A stretch of DNA of 64,000 bases from Takakia lepidozioides (lineage: Eukaryota > Plantae > Bryophyta). This document shows positions 21,714 to 37,444 of this stretch, one piece after another. Each line of letters opens with the position of its first letter. Within the stretch, counting starts at the first letter, position 1. The stretch lies in the NCBI GenBank assembly GCA_030704615.1, contig CM060731.1, positions 23,374,001 to 23,438,000 of the forward strand, given 5' to 3'. Below the pieces are notes generated by a model. That model had not been told where the DNA came from and ran no database searches. It saw only the letters and a list, made by a program, of their open reading frames with translations. Both the position numbers and the translations under genes were made by a program.

Positions 21714-23700
21714 GGTCCTGGTGCAGTCCCCGCACTCTCCTCCTCTTCTCACGGTACAAAAGCCTCCACCCAGGCTTGTTGCACCCGTCGATCAGCATCC
21801 CGCTGCAACTCCTTGTTCGTGCCCCACAATGGAGTCTGAGCAACCATGGTAGGCAACTCCGCCATACCATACATGTCATCAAGCTCTCCCGGAAGTGGCA
21901 CATCCTCTAAATGAGCGTTGTCCTCAAGCAACTCTCCAGGCCAACTCACTACCGCTGTGAATGCTGCTAGTGTCGGCATCTTGCCTCACTGGGCAACCAC
22001 AACTCCTCCTATGAACGTCACAGGGAGCGGCACACGCCGGCCCTCCCCTGACTGCCATCCAGGCCTATAGGAAGCTGACTCCTCCCAAAAATCCAGGGTG
22101 AAGCCCATGGGGTACAACACTGCCCCACCAACCAGGACATCGTACGAGACCGCGTCTATCACAATGGTCTTGGCTCGCATCACTGAGCCATCTGTAGGGT
22201 GATCCGGCCGTAGTCTGATAGCCAACTCACGCCGTGTCATGCTCTGAGCCTGCTCCGATCCTCCCAGAGACGTCTATATTTAGAAAGGACAAGGCTCCAT
22301 ATCCGCCTCTGTGAGGCCCAAGCCTGCAATAGCAGCTCTGCCCAGCATCAATGGCTGAGCTCCTGAGTCCAACAAGACCCGCAGTGGCCGGTACCTCTTG
22401 CCTGCCGGTCCACTCAAATAGAAAATGTCATCCTGGTTGTCTAGCATGACAACTCCATGTGTCACCATGGCGCGCTCAATGGCTGGCCTAGCTAGCAGCT
22501 CCATCAACTTAGCAGCTGCAGCTTGCCATGGCGCCGCCGTAGCAGTCTTGACCCTCACATCCGAGGATCCCTCCGGCACTACACCTCCCATTATCTCCGC
22601 AGAAGATGAAGTAACCTCCCCACTCTCACAGAGTGTAGCTGCCAGCCTGAACACCTCAGCTGGTCTTACCCCCGGCGTCGCAATCATGGTAGCCGAGAAC
22701 AATGGAGCCTGGCACACAGCTGTGGCCGCCCCTAGCTGCCGTAGCCTTGGCAACACTAGGTAGTGGTGCTGCCCGTGTAGCTCTCCCCAATGGCATAGTA
22801 ACCTCCGCCTCGGTAAAAGTCGGGCGAGAACTAGGTGCCATGGATGGCGTCGACACTGCCAATGTGAATGACTGAGGAAGCCTAGCCTGACGGCTTGCCT
22901 CCCCACGCTGTGGATCCAACTCCACCTCCGCACCTCGTGGCTCAGGAACTCGTGCTGCTCCTCGAGTCACTACCGCAGCTGACTCCACTTGCACTAATGG
23001 TAGTCCTGCCCCGCACATAGTGGTAGTGGTAGTGGCACCCCTCACTAGTGGTAGTGCTGCCCCGCACATGAATCCCATGCCTCCCAAGTCTCCTCCTTCA
23101 GGAGCAGGAGGTGGACCATCCGGCCTTGGAGCCGGTACCACCTGAGCTGTGGCCATGGCAGCGAGCCTCTGCTCTAGCTGCTGAAGCCGGTTGGCCATGC
23201 CTTGGTCACCACCCTGACCTCCGCGTCCTTGGCCATGTTGAGCTTGCCCTTGGCCTGCACCTCGTGCCTGGCCACCTCGTCCTCTCTGGGCCGCTCCACC
23301 TTGCCCCCGGCCACCATTGTTTCGTTGGAACTGGCCTGGGCGCAACTCAGGATGCAAACCGTAGCACTGGGCTTCTCCATGCCCGTACTTGCCACAATGC
23401 CCACACTGCAACTGTGCAGGCTGTGCATGTGCCGACCCTTTGCCTCCCTCTGGGCAATCCTTCTTGACATGGGGTCCTCCACATGTCCAACACACCACAT
23501 CCGCCCATTGTTGGCCAGCAAATGAAGGGAGAGATCCCTGCATCTGAGGTCCTCTCTGCCCTTCCCTGAGCTTCACCTGAGCCCCCTTGTTGCCTTGTGG
23601 GTAGTGGTTGGCTAGGAGCACCACTACCCCGTGGTGTCTCCTTAGCAAATCCCACCATGACCACTCGGTCCTCCACCATGTTGAGCTCTATCCGTTCTGC
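21714..23700 (-). pseudogene. Gypsy gag C-terminus (two zinc knuckles) and aspartic protease
   Basis: Knuckles CWTCGGPHVKKDC and CGHCGKYGHGEAQC; protease RVLLDSGAQPLMLG..SYDVLVGGAVL. Fragmented over ORFs 22656-23648, 22280-22933, 21986-22240 and 21749-21979. Confidence 0.88.
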
Positions 23701-24860
23701 AAAAACACATTTGCTAAGGTGGGTTGGGCCGGTTGTAGGAGAGTTGCATCCCGCGTATGGTGGACGTGTAGATGCCGGGTAAGCATGTGGGTCTAGGAGG
23801 TAAGGGGGAATAGGTGGAGGAGAATGGGCATATGGCTGTTGTGGGTAACCACCTGGAGGGGGCTTGTATTGGATGTGCGGGTTGTAAGGGCCCGCAACGC
23901 CATACTGATCGGGGGTGGTAGGCATGTGGGTAATGTGTGTACGGAGGGTACTGTGGAATAGGTCGTGGAGGGGTGGTGTTCTGCGCTTGGGGACTTGTTT
24001 GTAGCAGGGTTGACTTGTTTGAACAACCCCCGCCCCGATGGACTGCCCACCACAGCTGCAGCGCCTTCGATGGAAGCTCGCCTCTTCCTGGCCTGCACAG
24101 AATAAAAACCAATTCAAACATTAAAGTCAATCAAAGCATTCAAATGAAATCATGGCAACTTAGAACAAATTAACGCCATGCACCTGCCATTTTAAAGCTT
24201 TGATTGTACTCATCCTCCTATGAGCAGGTCCTCATCCCCTCAGACTCATCAGGTGCCCCACACTTCTGTTTACCCATTCAGAAAAGTGGGGGCTGAGCCA
24301 AATCTACATGGCCAATTCCAAAGCCTACCTAGTGGGGAGACCTCAAAAAACCATTGGCATGCTTGTATCAAAGCGTGCATACAAGTACTTGCATCAGTGG
24401 GTAGATGGACTCATTTGAATGGACATTGCATTTTAGTTGTAAACAGAAACATCAGTATGTATCAACCTCTTAGTAAGAGCCTTTGACTTTAACCCAAACT
24501 ATGTACACGATGAAGATATAGCAAAAGGGGTTGATTTCCTATCCCATTGTGGGGAGGATATCTGGAAAACCCGGATTAATTCTATATATGAAGGTAAGTC
24601 TTACTACCAACGTCAGCCTGACCATACTGAGTGCCAGACTGTGGGTACTGAGGCATACCATAATAAGGTGGGGGTACTGGTGGCACAGAACCCACAACGT
24701 TGGGAGAGTTAGGGCCACCTCCTGCGTTCTTGTGGGCGCCATCTCCATTGCTAGCAGCAGGGATCGTGGATCCAGTGCGCTTGTGCTTGCCCTGAAAAGA
24801 AATTCCCCCAGTACAATGTGGGTGATTACACATACATATAGGCAGCAAGCCAGCAAATCC
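23701..24860 (-). pseudogene. Pro/Tyr/Gln-rich exon-like fragments of an unidentified gene abutting the truncated gag
   Basis: PPPGGYPQQPYAHSPPPIPPY and VPPVPPPYYGMPQYPQ stretches, each preceded by acceptor-like ttctgtgcag / ttttcag. Family not recognised. Confidence 0.3.
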
Positions 24861-26104
24861 TGAATTCAGGCAAAACAAACTGGAAGCACATATCATTTCT
24901 AAAGACAAGATTACCCAAAACTCAGTATGATCTTGGGCAGTAAATCTCCCAAATTTGATTGGCCCCAATGATGTCCTCCCAGTACATTTTTGAGCCCTCT
25001 TAGGTATGGGGTGTTCCTGAAATCCATAGCAAGAATTCAAATGGACAAATCGTCCTTCTCGTATCACTTGCTCGTCTCTCTCCCAAGCCTCCATCCCTCT
25101 CCCAACACTTAGACAAATTCAGGCAAAGGACAAAGTTACTCTTCCACCCTTAGATCATTTTACATCCGACGATTAGAACAATCTCTATGAGCCACACAAG
25201 CCCTAAAATACATTAAAATATTCCACGTCATGAGCCATGTGGAGCACTTATAAAAATTCCATTTTTGAATAGGGTGTGCAATGAATGCCTAGTTGTTAAG
25301 AGTCGTTCTCTAGTGCTTAAAACCACTTGTAATTGTTGTTTTAAGAAAAAAAAAAAAACAATTTACGTAATTGAATTAAATCGCCGCAAATATTGCGCCG
25401 ACTGCGGAGTCATTGATGCAACTTCTATCCACCATTAGAAATGCGAATTTATCCGTTACGACTGTGCAGTAGTAACAAACATCTCAAAGTTGTTCCTTCA
25501 GTGGTTTTGGACATGCAGTCGATTTGGAAAAGACACGAATGTTTCTAGTGCTTGTAGAAGATTGTGTGAGTCCGTAGTGTAAGTGGCTACCACGACCATA
25601 TGCCAGTGTGTGGTGCCCATAATCCAGTAGTCCACATGTGTCGGGTCTGATCCCCATTCACGGACCATGACAGCGCCAGTAGGAAGACCATCAAGCCAAG
25701 TGTTGGCTCTGTACCTATATACTCGTTCTTCTTCAAACTTAATCGCTGGGTAGATGACCAAGTCAACTTCTGTTGCTTGGGCTTGTGCTAGGGTGCCGGA
25801 GAGCATTTGATGGTATCCAATGTCGAGCAATCCTCCATGTCCAAACAGCATGAACCGTAGCAGGGTGGCTCCTTGTCCATGGATGAATTCGTCCAACCAT
25901 AGCTTGTTAATTCTGTGGTGCTGGCCAGCGTGCGTAGTGGCTCCATCATGGTCTTCGAAGCAGATGTCTTTGGATAGTCCAAGCTCCCGCCAGAGCAGGG
26001 GCTCTCCTCTTAGCAACTTTCTCTTGATTTCTGTGGGGGTAATTTGTAGTTGAAACGTTGGTCAACAATTGCTGTGACTCTGCTGAGGGCTGATGTAGGT
26101 GGGT

Positions 26105-26300
26105 ACCGTCCCCATTCTCCAACATGCTAATTTCTTTGGATGAGATAGAGGTTCCAAGTTTCACCGGCTTAATGTCGGGTGGGGGGGGGGGGGGGGCTTC
26201 ATTATGACAAAGGGCCGGACTGTTCTCTTGACACACCGCGCCACATCATCTGGGAAAAACCAAAACTTGTGATTCTTTGATTTTTCAGTTCCATACGGGA
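26105..26300 (-). pseudogene. Fragment of a paralogous MULE-type transposase C-terminal region
   Basis: SKNHKFWFFPDDVARCVKRTVRPFVIMKP..PVKLGTSISSKEISMLE matches SKEHKFWFCPDDMARCVKGTVRPSVIMKP..PVKIGTSLSSTEISMLE at 20600-20765. Confidence 0.8.
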
Positions 26301-29300
26301 GTTTTAGACAAGAAAAAGAGAATGCCCTGCGCATTAAAGCTGGAGTTAACTGGTCCCTGAAAGGGGAAGATGTCCAAAATATTTCTTCATTAAGGTCAAA
26401 CAAAGAAGGATGGCCTCCTCCATTGTATCTCTCAAAACCCCCGATGGGATAGCCTCCTCCTCACCTAAAGGCATGACCAAGATTGCTGAACTATATTTTG
26501 CCTCCCTATTCTCCAACAGGCCACACTCAATTGAGGCAAACCAAGCCTCGGAGGCTCCGCTCAATCATATCCCTTCCCTCCTCTCTGTCAAAGAACAGGA
26601 AGACCATCACGGACACTGAGTTAGCTGAGGCTCTACAATCGCTCCAATCAGGCATGATGTCGGGCCTTGACGACATGCCTATTGAGCTTTTTAGAGCCAT
26701 ATGGTCTTCAGTGGTTGATGACTTTGTGGCTTTAGCCAAAGACATCTTCGTCAAAGGCATTATGCCACCTCAAATTTCTGAGGGTCTTATAACATTAATT
26801 TTTAAGAAAGGTGATAGAAGCATGATATCCAACTACCGTCCTATCACGTTCCCAACACCACTTATAGAATTATTGCTAAAGCTCTGGCCTTGAGACTTCA
26901 ACCTATTCTCTCCAGAATCATAAGACCATAGCAAACGGGCTTTCTCAAAGCAGGGAGAATGTTTCTGGATAACCTGCTACTAATCAATGAAGTCTTGCAT
27001 GAGGCCAAGCGCTCAGAGCAGCCCCCTGGCAATCCTAATGCTTGACTTCGAAAAAGCCTTTGACAATATAGATTGGGGCTTCGTGCACAAAGTTCTTGCC
27101 AATATGAGCATGCCGGACTCATTCTCTCGATGGGTGAAGTTGCTCCTTAATTACCTCTGCTTCCAGTAAAGTTTATGTTAATGGAGCTATTTCCAAATCC
27201 TTCACCCTTCATAGGTCGGTTAGACAAGGATTTCCCTTGGCTCCCTATCTCCTTCTTATAGCTGCTGATGCTCTCGGACACTACCTTAGCTCTAGACAGG
27301 ATATTGTGGGAATGAAACTGTTGCAGGGACCCTCTGTAAAGGGTCTATGTACGCGGTCGATACCACTCCTATTGCTGAGCAATGAGGATATCTCCAACAT
27401 CACCAGGGCCCGCTAGGTGGCCCTGCAGCTTTTCTGCTCTGCTCGGGCTGTGAAGATCAACTGAAATAAATCTGTGGGGCTCCTCTCGGAGCTGCCACAC
27501 AATGCTTTTAGGCAGCATGGCACACCCTGGGGGCACGATTTAGGCCTCAAATGGCTCGCACCAGATTCGGCTCACACTCTCTTGGGTTTTTAGGTTGGTA
27601 TTGGTCATTCGGAGGAGCAAAGATTCGAACCAATTCTCCAGAAGCTATGCACCAACATGGCATTTTGGAGTTCGGCCATGCTGTCCTTGGTAGATAGAGC
27701 TCTAGTACTCAATCAAATTTTGTTGGCTACAATTTGGTTTTCAGCCTTTGTGTGGTCCCCAGGCTCTAAGTTGAGGAGCAGAATCAAATCAGTGATGCGA
27801 AATTTTTTGTGGGGGGCCTCCTCTCAGGCACCCTCCAAAAGAGCCCTTGGTCTCCTGGGCGAAACTATGTAGGCCCAAAATAGAGGGAGGTCTGGGCTTG
27901 ATCGACCCTATTTGCAGATTGCTGCTCTTCTTGTTAAATGGATCCCCAGATCTCTCCGATGTGGAGATAGTCCCTGGTGCAAATTGGTTAGACCTCACTT
28001 GATGGAGGCCACCCGCTCAACTCGGGCTCTTGGGCCCCATCCTTGAGATGGCTCGTTCATGGTTCTAAAGAATCGAGATGCATCGGGAGCGAAGCTTGGA
28101 AGTCCATATGGGCTGCCTGGACTTCCATAAGACCCAACCTTTCACAACGTCGGGCGCTTTGCTTCGAAGGAGGCAGTTCGTCAGCCCTTGTTCGGGAACC
28201 TCAATCTGGACTGTGCTCCTTTGGCCACTCTCCACAAAAAATGGGCCACGTGGGAGTCCAAGGGACTCTCGCACATTGCCAACATCTGGGAGAATGGTGA
28301 GTTCCACCCCACCCTCCTTTCTGTGCTAGTTTCTGCTTCTTCCTTTAGATTTGGCTGGGAGCACATCAAGCAAGGGGCATCTTGTGTTATGCCCTTACTG
28401 CTTGGTGGAGGAGGCCCCCAATGCACCCTCCCATGTTGATTTGGTTCTTATGAAGGAGTTACATACTATGCTTTGCTGGCTATATTGGAGTCCGAGGGAT
28501 CGCACTGGCAGGGGTTGAGATTTGCTGCAGACTCAGAAGGAACACTCGTGCACATTGGGCAGGGACAAATGCACCATGAATCTTCGTTTAGAATTCGCGT
28601 CTTTGAATCGCTCACAGGTATCCCAGACCCCAAACCTCCTCCTGGAGGAGAGCTCTACTGGGCAAGAAGTACCCCACTGGCCTGGTTCCTGCGCTTCCCT
28701 CTCAGCATACTTCAACTTGATCCGGGGGAGTGGACCTGGATGGACGTTAAGAAACCCCCGCTTCTTGGATACCTTGTAAAAACAGGGTACAAGTTGTTGC
28801 TTGGCAACGCGAGCTTCACTGTCAAATGGAATAAGAAATGGAACACCGATATGTAGCTACAAGGCTGGAAAGGAATCTGGAAGGACATATGGGCTAAACA
28901 TAGACCCGCAAAATTAGTGCGTTTCTCTGGAAACTGGCCAACAGAATCCTACCTATGGCCATTTCTTTCCAAGACTAGGATCCCTCCTGCATAGTCTGCA
29001 ATTGCCGTGTTAGTGAGACCATTGAGCATTGTTTGATAGACTGCCACCTCTCTTCTAGTTGGCTTCTTGTGGTGGATTTCTACTCCAACTGGAATGCTCT
29101 CCCTCCCCTGTCCGCTCCTCTTCTGCTGCTCAATTTGCATAACGGTTTGTCTTGGAGCACATGCCTGATCTAGGCTTGCCTTAGGGCGCATGCTCTTTGG
29201 GCAATTTGGAAGGGTAGGTGTACTTTGCTTTTCGATGGGCAGCGCCCCAGCATCAGATCGATCCTTTATAAATTGTTTTAGGATCTGATGACTGAAAGGC

Positions 29301-29893
29301 ATAAGGCTTGGGTTTCCTTGCAAGCAGCTGTCAGCACGAAAGGAGGAGCAGGCAGCTTCTCGCGGATTTCGACCTCTCCTGGGCCAAGGGCGACCTCCTC
29401 TGCTCTAGGATCTCTGACACTCGAGTCATTTGGCATGACAACATCCCCAGGAACTGGCAAGTCGCCAGCTGAGTCCGATGCTCCTGACATCAACTGGAAG
29501 CACAACAAGCTGCACAGCTCCAAATCCAAAGTACAGCTAGATTTTGGACATTGAGTTCTTCGTATGAAAAATGTTCTAAGTAGACAGCTTAGACCAGCTC
29601 TGTTTTAGATCTCCCTCCTCTACAGCTCGGCAGCAAGGGTATGCTGTCCCTGTTTCGACCCCATCTTTCCTCGTAGTTTGCCCCAAGCTGGGCCAGGTCC
29701 AGTTTTACTTGTTCGGCTTCCTCCCACTTACCCCCCCCCGGTTCCCTTCTAGTGCTGGGTGTTCCCCATGAGATACGTTTTACGGTCTTCTTGGAGGTTA
29801 TTTAATCCTCCATCTGTGCTACTTTGCCTCTCCTCAGTAAAATTCTGGCAGGGCCTCTGTCCCTTTTCTCAAAAAAGAAAAGAAAAAAAAAGA
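26300..29893 (+). mobile_element. 5'-truncated, degenerate L1-like LINE (ORF2 RT region) with A-rich tail
   Basis: GLDDMPIELF, ITLIFKKGD..NYRPI, LMLDFEKAFDNIDWGF, SVRQG.PLAPYL, RALVLNQILLA, GGLGL; A-rich tail at 29871-29893. Confidence 0.88.
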
Positions 29894-30029
29894 AAGATGT
29901 CGATGAACTTAGGCACGTACTCATTCGTCGATTAGGTCTTCATCGATGGGCCTCGCTAGGGTTTGAGGGGGGAGGGTGAAGGGTTTTCTTTCTTTGCCGC
30001 TTGCCTGTGCTGCTGCGCGGGGATGCACC

Positions 30030-31119
<1,090 letters not shown>

Positions 31120-32533
31120 ATGGTCAGACGCCATCAATGCCAAGGCCACATCCTCATGAAGCTGCATATTTGACTTATTGCCAGCCCTGTTATGGTGGCC
31201 TAGGGAATCTCTCTTGGCAGTCAAATGACACGTTTTGGGTACACATTCGGGTTTTCTCTTAGGGTATATTATTCAATTCAGGAGTCTTGCCTGCATAGCG
31301 CATGGACAAATTCAGAGAAAGGGAGGGAGTACCTTCAATTTTATCATGACTTTAAAGGACACTCTCGACTTTGACCACCGCACTGCACCAAACCAAACAG
31401 CTCTGCTCAGACTCATAACCACCTGTGATTAAAGGAGAGCTCATGCAAGAATAGATTGAGAAGCAGCATAGCAACTATTTAAGGCACCCGGCATCCAACC
31501 TACAGCGCTGCACTCCTATCAACACACCATTGTGTTGCAAGAGGCTCCATGTAGGGAGCCAAAGTGCTGTCCACTTTATTATATTGAATATACATGATGG
31601 AACTTCAAAGGATGTCCAAATGCAATTTGCTAGTCTTTTGCTGTTTAATAAGGCACGAGTGATGTGGATTTTGTGCACATCCAAAACTCCAGTGGTGCAC
31701 GTAGAAAGATTGAATTGTGGAGATACAACTGCCTAGAATGTTCCACCAAGCAGCTTGGTTGCATTCATGAAGGAATTGTGTGTGGGAGGGAGGACAAGTA
31801 CTAGTGGTAACACTGAAGCAGTATATACTCCCCCCTCAATTCCAAGTTCATGCACTTTAGGCATTATTCCCAGCTGATTCAAATCTCTTCTAAACACATA
31901 GCTTCTTGGAAAAACGAATTCAAGCAGCCTGTGGCACTTATGCCCTGCATGGAGAAGACAGGCATTGGATCTCAAGGTGTTTGTCTCATTTTCTGGCCAA
32001 GATATGTGAAGAATGTCTGTAGCTGGCATGTGGGTTGAACGCTCAACGTTCCATTTTTTTTTCACTGCCTCGGCCAGAGCCTGTGTGGAGGGGAAGATGC
32101 TGAACAGGCTGGATGACCATGTTGGTACCTGCTCATTTGGATGGTTGTGTGGGGCTCTGTTTCCAGAGCCCCAATGGCCTTGTGGTGCAACAGTACACTT
32201 GCTGCTGCGGCATGACTGATGTAGATTAGTGGAAGGAAAAGCAGTGTGCAGTCTATTTCTGCTAGATGTGGCACAGTGGACAGCAGAAGCCCCTTTAGTA
32301 AGCAAGCCAATGATATTTATGTCGGTGCAATGTAATGCAGGAATATGCGTTGAAGGTAATTGCTGAGACTAATGCAAAGTTGGTGAAGAGGTCTGTCCCG
32401 GCTGGAGAGCTATCTCTGGCCTAAGACCATCCCCACCGGTGGCTCTGTATGTGGGTACATCAAGTGCCTTTTATTGAGGCATGTGTAGAGCGCTCAAGAA
32501 GATGGGGTGCCTGCAGCTGGATTGCTCCCCACC

Positions 32534-33700
32534 TAGGGAATTCCAAAAAGGCCTTGATGTGAAATAAATTGCAATTCACTTGATCACCCCCTAAAAGTGC
32601 GCAATTCAATTGAATTGCAAGGGCAATTCAATTGAACTAACCCTAATTTGCAATTCAATTGAATTGTCGGCACACGATTCAATTGAATTGCTGACTACAA
32701 TTCAATTGAATTGTAATCTATAATTTTTAACTTATTTTTGTATATAATATATAATATATATGTACATGTATATATTCAAATTATATTTATACACATATAA
32801 GAGTATAAGCTAAAAATACATGTTGCCCGTCTATTCTTGCTGGCCCTCTTTCTTGTGCCCTTGAGGAAATTGTGGAGTTGTGAAACCACCCTCAGCCTCA
32901 GCGAGAAAGGGAGAGCCAGAGACGGAGACAGATCAGCAGCTTCCTGTGATTCACTGGCAAAAGAAACATGGCTGGCTCCGAAAAAAACAGACAAAATCAA
33001 ACTTGACAATTGATGAAAGGCTTCCCCTGCATCACCATGTAGTCCCCTAACACTAGTATCTGGCCCAGGACAAAGAAAACAAAAAGTATGTTCATCTTGA
33101 GAATTATCAAAAATTTGGATACCCTTACAAAGGTATCATGTTGAAGTTGGGATGTGTGTTCTATATAAGTTTAATATATCAAACTCTTACACGTTGATAC
33201 TCTTACATTGGTATCATGTTTGGTATATGTACATAGCCATATATTGGCACCAACATCCACAAAGAGAGACAATCCCGCTTTTACAAGCGCTTCGTGACTT
33301 CCCCTCTCTCTCTCTCCCTCTCTCGCTCTCCCTTAGGCTTATCTTGGGCTCAAGCCTTACCACGGGCAAAGGATTGACAGACGGACAGCAAGAATAGACA
33401 GGCAACATGTATTTTTAGCTTATACCTGTCTATATGTATAATTTAAATATATACATATATATTATATACAGAAATAAGTTAAAAATTATAGATTACAATT
33501 CAATTGAATTGCGAGTTGACAATTCAATTGAATTGCCAATTCGCAATTCAATTGAATCATGTGCCGACAATTCAATTGAATTGCAAATTACGGTTAGTTC
33601 AATTGAATTGCCCTTGCAATTCAATTGAGTTGCGCACTTTTAGGGGGTGATCAAGTGAATTGCGATGCATTTCACATCAAGGCCTTTTTGGAATTCCCTA
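32534..33700. mobile_element. Foldback/MITE-like non-autonomous DNA transposon with ~310-bp TIRs
   Basis: TAGGGAATTCCAAAAAGGCCTTGATGTGAAAT.. at 32534 is mirrored at 33700. Arms ~32534-32843 and ~33385-33700. CCCACC flanks both sides (32528-32533, 33701-33706). Confidence 0.9.
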
Positions 33701-35309
33701 CCCACCGATTGCACGGCAAACCTCACGCACTCTCCCGCTCAACCTCTTGCTCGCCAGTGTCTCACGTGTGGGATGATCGCCTCACTCCAGATGCGGGCTG
33801 GACTGGTCTGACGTTGACTTGCGTGAGACATAACGGGCCCGGAAGGACACAGCAAGGTCCGGGGTCCAGTTCCAATTTGGAGCGCATGGAATGTTACCGC
33901 GCAGTGTGACGTGCAACGGTGGGGCATGGTTTTTGTGTGTTTCCTCTCCGACTCGGAACTTTGCCGATTCCGTGGCTGATAGTGGGCACCGGTGGAGATG
34001 CTCTAAGAGCAGGACCAACAGTGGCGCGGTATACAGACACGCCAACGGCATTATACTAGCCCATTTTTGCCCAGGAGCCCATATAGTAGTGTGGCAGCTG
34101 GTGTGAAGGCCAACAGCATGGCAGCCTCCCACCGCAAAACCCCCCCCCCTCCCGCTGGGCGCACGACTGAGATGGTTACGTTGACTTGTGGGCCCTGCCA
34201 CCACTTGGGATCACGTTCCGTTGGAGACAACTCTTCTTCTCGAGAACAGTAAGCTATATTTTTCTTAACACATTATACCTTGAGTCTTGAGTGAATGTGC
34301 ATTGCATTGCGTTTATTCTAATTTGAATCCGTTTTGTTTTGTATTACAGAGTTGCTGATTACTCTTTTGGGATATCCTGCCATACCCGGATTGGATGGTG
34401 ATTGCCCCGTCACGGTTGCCCACGGAGAAATCTGCAACATTCTCTTCAAAGAGATGCTCACAAATTACACGGCCTTCAACAACTGCTCAGGCGGAGCAAT
34501 AATTCACAAGAAGATGATTGGCATGCATATTGCACAACTATCTTCAGATGAGCAAGTTGGTGATTCACAGGAGGCGGAAGGTGCAGGTGCAGTTAGGCAG
34601 AAGGAGGGATTCCCAAATACACATGACAACGAAGATGAGCTACCCTTGTCCCTGGGTTCAGCGAGCCGGAAAATTCAACAGTTGAGGTCAATGTTGGCCA
34701 CAAAGGCAGCCTAGGGATCTTTGTCCCTTACCCGGCTATTAGGTTGTTATTGGTTCAACATAACCTCTTGAAGGTGAAAGGCCCCAAGATGGTCACCACC
34801 AGGCATCATCGCTCTTGATTAGTTGTACATCGCCACATTAGTCGATGATGCACGAAGTCTGTGTAGTCGTAGCAGAGAATGGACAGCAATTGTAGATATC
34901 ATTTTTGGCGGTCATGGTTACTCTTATACTGCTATATTGCCCAAAACGGCTGGGTAGGTTTTGAGATATTGAGATGTAGAGAGAGTCAAATTGAAAGGAA
35001 TAATGTTTAAACTGTCATCACAACAGCTAACCAACTGCTTATTTTAATTCTGAAGGGCTGACAAATCTGGGAGAGTGGCCTTAGGAAACAAGCTTCACCA
35101 TTAAACAATTTGTTCTTCTGTTCAAAGGAATTGATTGTCACAGACTGTGTGGCAGTGGGCCAGGTGTTTAAGAATTCATCACTTAGTGCTGAGCACTCGA
35201 AACAGCGGTTCATTCTCTGCATTTCCAAAAGCTTTGTTGAAATGACGATCACGGTTTTGGTCCTCATAAAAACACGGGTTGTACATCAATGGTGTACGAA
35301 AGAAAAGAA

Positions 35310-35518
35310 CCGGCGTTTCAAGGGCCTGCCAAAATAAGAACCGTTGTTTCAAGGGCCTGCTAAAGAAAGACCCGTTGTTTCAAGGGCCTGCTAAAGAAAG
35401 ACCCGTTGTTTTAAGGGCCTGCCAAACAAAGAAGAAGAGGAAGAGAAGATGTCGATGAACTTAGGCACGTACTCATTCGTCGATTAGGTCTTCATCGATG
35501 GGCCTCGCTAGGGTTTGA
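35310..35518 (+). promoter_or_regulatory. RPS18 copy 2 promoter: four 31-bp tandem repeats with GGGCC (site II-like) cores plus a telo-box
   Basis: Units CCGTTGTTTCAAGGGCCTGCTAAAGAAAGAC start at 35310, 35341, 35372 and 35403. TAGGGTTT at ~35509 (also ~29957 in copy 1). Site II plus telo-box is typical of plant ribosomal protein promoters. Confidence 0.6.
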
Positions 35519-35603
35519 GGGGGGAGGGTGAAGGGTTTGCTCTCTTTGCCGCTTGCCTGTGAAGCTGCACAGCGGGAGGATCGCTGCTGCGCGGGGATCC
35601 ACC

Positions 35604-36701
<1,098 letters not shown>

Positions 36702-37444
36702 ATGGCCAGACGCCATCAATGCCAAGGCCACATCCTCATGAAGCTGCATATTTGCATTCTTGAAGTTTTGATGTAGTTTCAGGTCATCTGCATCAGGAAA
36801 TAGTCTTGTCTAGCGAATGCGAGTTTCAGGATGAGTAAGATTGTTGGTTTTTTCCATATGTTCATGTGTTCAAAGGAGTTATATTTGGACTCGAGCAAAT
36901 TTGCTGTCCTGCCAAATGAGCCTGGCTGCTGTCCACTTTACTAGATTGAATACACATGAAGGAACTTCAAAGGATGTCCAGTGCAATTTGCTACTCTTTT
37001 GCTGTGTAATCAAGGCATGAGTAATGTGGATTTTATGACACATCCAAAAGGCCAGTGGTGCATGTAGAAAGATTGAATTGTGGAGATACAACTGCTTTGA
37101 ATGTTCCACCAAGCAGCTTGGTTACATTCATGAAGGAATTGTGTGTGAGAGGGAGGACGAGTACTAGTGGTAGCAGTGAAGCAGCATATATTCCCCCCTC
37201 AATCCCAAGTTCATGCACTTTAGGCATTATTCCCAGCTGATTCAAATCTCTTCTAAACACATAGCTTCTTGAAGAAACGAATTCAGGCAGCCTGAGGCAC
37301 TTATGGAATCAACACTACATACCTAGTCTATAAATCTGGAAGGTTCATTCATCCAAATTCAATCTGGTCATCCTTCCATTTCGATGGAGACCCACATGAG
37401 GATTCACCTTGTTTAGTTTGAACACAGCTGCGAAGGAGGCAGCG

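Larger units (their letters stand above)
2804..23700 (-). mobile_element. Degenerate Ty3/gypsy LTR retrotransposon with domain order gag-PR-DNMT-RT-RH-INT-PHD. Interrupted by two insertions; 5' LTR absent.
   Basis: gag/protease at 21714-23700 and DNMT-RT-RH-INT at 3162-9431 are on the same strand in gypsy order. Removing 9432-21713 rejoins them in frame (..SAGTAPGPA|PPPPGPPQLSPLDTT..). Confidence 0.85.

Noticed and set aside
31560-31940. Possible decayed copia 3' end downstream of both RPS18 copies
   Set aside because: Only a PPT-like GAGGGGGAG and vague similarity; not enough to call.
34334-35267. Short ORFs between the MITE and RPS18 copy 2
   Set aside because: No recognisable domain or consistent splice structure.
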